DNA from: Selaginella moellendorffii
Taxonomy: Eukaryota > Plantae > Lycopodiophyta
DNA length: 64,000 nucleotides
Assembly: GCF_000143415.4 (NCBI RefSeq)
Contig: NW_003314337.1
Location: forward strand, 699,234-763,233
Direction of reading: 5' to 3'
Position numbers and translations under genes: made by a program. Shown in pieces: positions 62,050-64,000 of the stretch. Within the stretch, counting starts at the first letter, position 1. Each line of letters begins with the position of its first letter. Under the pieces are notes generated by a model. The model did not search any database and was not told the DNA's origin. It saw only the letters and a program-made list of their open reading frames with translations.

Positions 62050-63620
62050 AATCCTCCATGAATCCATCTATAGCAACACATAATTTACTTCATAACAAGC
62101 ACAAGAAGAATCATCAATGATTGATATATTCCAACTCAAACCCAATAAGGATTCAAACATTCCAATATTGATCACTAACTCTTCCACTTGTAAAGTTAGT
62201 ATAGTCCACTACTGAATCACTTTTCAAGGAAAAGCCAAAGCTCAACCCTTACTAAATAATCTCATTTAAAATGCAACTAACTCAAATCTGCCACTCAGCT
62301 CATTTGAACGCTAACATAGTTGCTAACTAGCAAATACACGAATGCCAATAACATAAAGCTATAGCCAAATCATCAACACTATCATCATCGAGACTAATAA
62401 AACTCGACATCAATCTTTTGAAGAGACCTCTCATTTCACTTAAAACTCAACATCAACAATATCAATGACAAGGCATCACTTCAATGCCATCAACACCATA
62501 ACAAAGCTAGAAGTAAGCACAAGTCAATCACCACTCAAAACTCCCTAGCAATTAAGCTAACCAAGGTCGAAGATAATTTACTTAGTATCCGAGACCAATC
62601 CTTCAGTAAAACTTAGTTACAGATAACACTTCCTCAAGGAGTGAATCACCACATCCAAGACTCCATGAAATCCAATACTACAAACTAAACGTATCCAAAT
62701 GATATCGATAGGAGTCCACATGCCAACATGGAAAACCTATATAAGTTTAACGACACAATCCTCTGCAACACCATCCGGTAAAGTAAATCCATCACTGATA
62801 AATCTTCATCAAGTGAAGCAAGTGTCAATAGTCCTTGACAAAGTCTACAAGTAATCATTAGTTTGCAAAGCAACTAATAATCACTTTTCAACTTGCCTTC
62901 ACAAAACCCAAACACTAAACTCATGCCATTGAGTTATATATACTTGTCCAACATGAACATAATATCCCAAGCATGAGATAAAGGTTCATGGACAAGCATA
63001 AACTAAATGACCACTCGATTCCAACTCAACCGCAATAAACTCACTAATGCATTTAACCAACAGCTCTGAACATGTCTTGAAGAGGCTAGCTATGCATGAT
63101 CAACACTCAGTCAAAACTAAAGTGAAGACCATGAGATGAACTCATATTGGTACACAACCTCCTTATAGACAAAGCTATAGTATAGGTATCAACATTTCAA
63201 CTATAAACAACTAAGTTGGACATCACTATCCTCAGCCAAGGTGCAAAGCTTCAAGATCAGTGAAAGCTTACTACTCTCATAGAGTCTAACAAAATGCAAA
63301 GTGCAACATGCCACCAAGCATAACGCTACAGAAAAAAAGCACAAGGGTTACCCTTCTTAAAAAAGTGCAACAACCATTTTTCTACACCAACTCCAGACTC
63401 TATCCAACTCAATTGCCTTAGCCCCAAAAGCTAGCATCCCTTTCTGGTTGCATTATACAAACTGCCTACTAAAGTGTAAGCTAACTAAAGTCAACTTTAA
63501 CCACCTTCACTAGTTTGTATTGGCTTACGAAAACGGAATGGTTTTCGGGCAAAGTGATCAACAAATCAGCCATTGGAAAAGTCTAAAAAAATTTGTGGAA
63601 AAAATTTCCATCTTAGAGAA
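62050..63620 (-). repeat. Inverted, diverged copy of ~58450-60005
   Basis: Collinear reverse-complement matches, e.g. aaccattccgttttc / gaaaacggaatggtt. Confidence 0.75.
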
Positions 63621-64000
63621 AGAGACCTAACGTTTAGTCTGTAGTGTTGCTTAGACAACAGAACAAAATGCATTTGGGTTTGAACATCTATTGGGTTTGA
63701 GATATCAATAGGATGTTACTGGCACTTGTTTAGAAAACTCTGGTTCTTTGGTATTATTGACTGGGATTTATTCAGATTGGCTAAGTGCAATAGTTGGCAT
63801 GAATGAATGTTTATTAGTCTTATTTTATTCATTCTATTCTGTCGATTGTTGCTTGAGTTCATTTTGACAGGTTGGGATGTTATTTCCTTTGAGTGATACA
63901 TTTGCAAGCATTGTGCTTGTTAGTCAATGATACTTTGTGTTCTTTGAGTTATCTTTCGTAAATTGTTTGGCATTCTATCTGCAATATTTGATAATTAAGT

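Overview
A land-plant, transposon-saturated 64-kb window. Very short GT-AG introns, TTTAGGG repeats, a Tcn1-like chromovirus and a GC-rich F-box fragment suggest a non-seed plant such as Selaginella (inference). The only probable host gene is a 5'-open NTPase + PD-(D/E)xK nuclease ORF of the Crinkler/CR-effector type (<2-1573). The rest is a nest of Ty3/gypsy LTR elements, several with readable LTR pairs and 5-bp TSDs. An unusual ~11.5-kb cut-and-paste DNA transposon has inserted into this nest twice, in inverted orientation (23688-35227 and ~48014-58009). It has ~24-bp TIRs and a 4-bp TSD. It encodes a Sola-like DDD transposase and, divergently, a large intron-containing accessory gene (PH-like - ParB/Srx-like 'GQH' domain - possible degenerate methyltransferase - FCP1/NIF HAD phosphatase). 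It is studded with ~20+ copies of a 22-bp palindrome (ATGGCRTG-N6-CAYGCCAT), carries internal telomere repeats, and has a 277-bp MITE derivative at 17305-17581. Other oddities are a chromovirus whose integrase is split by two ~50-nt spliceosomal introns (two copies), a Tf1-style self-priming PBS, and an F-box gene 5' fragment captured inside an LTR. Family assignments come from motif recognition by eye; no searches were run.
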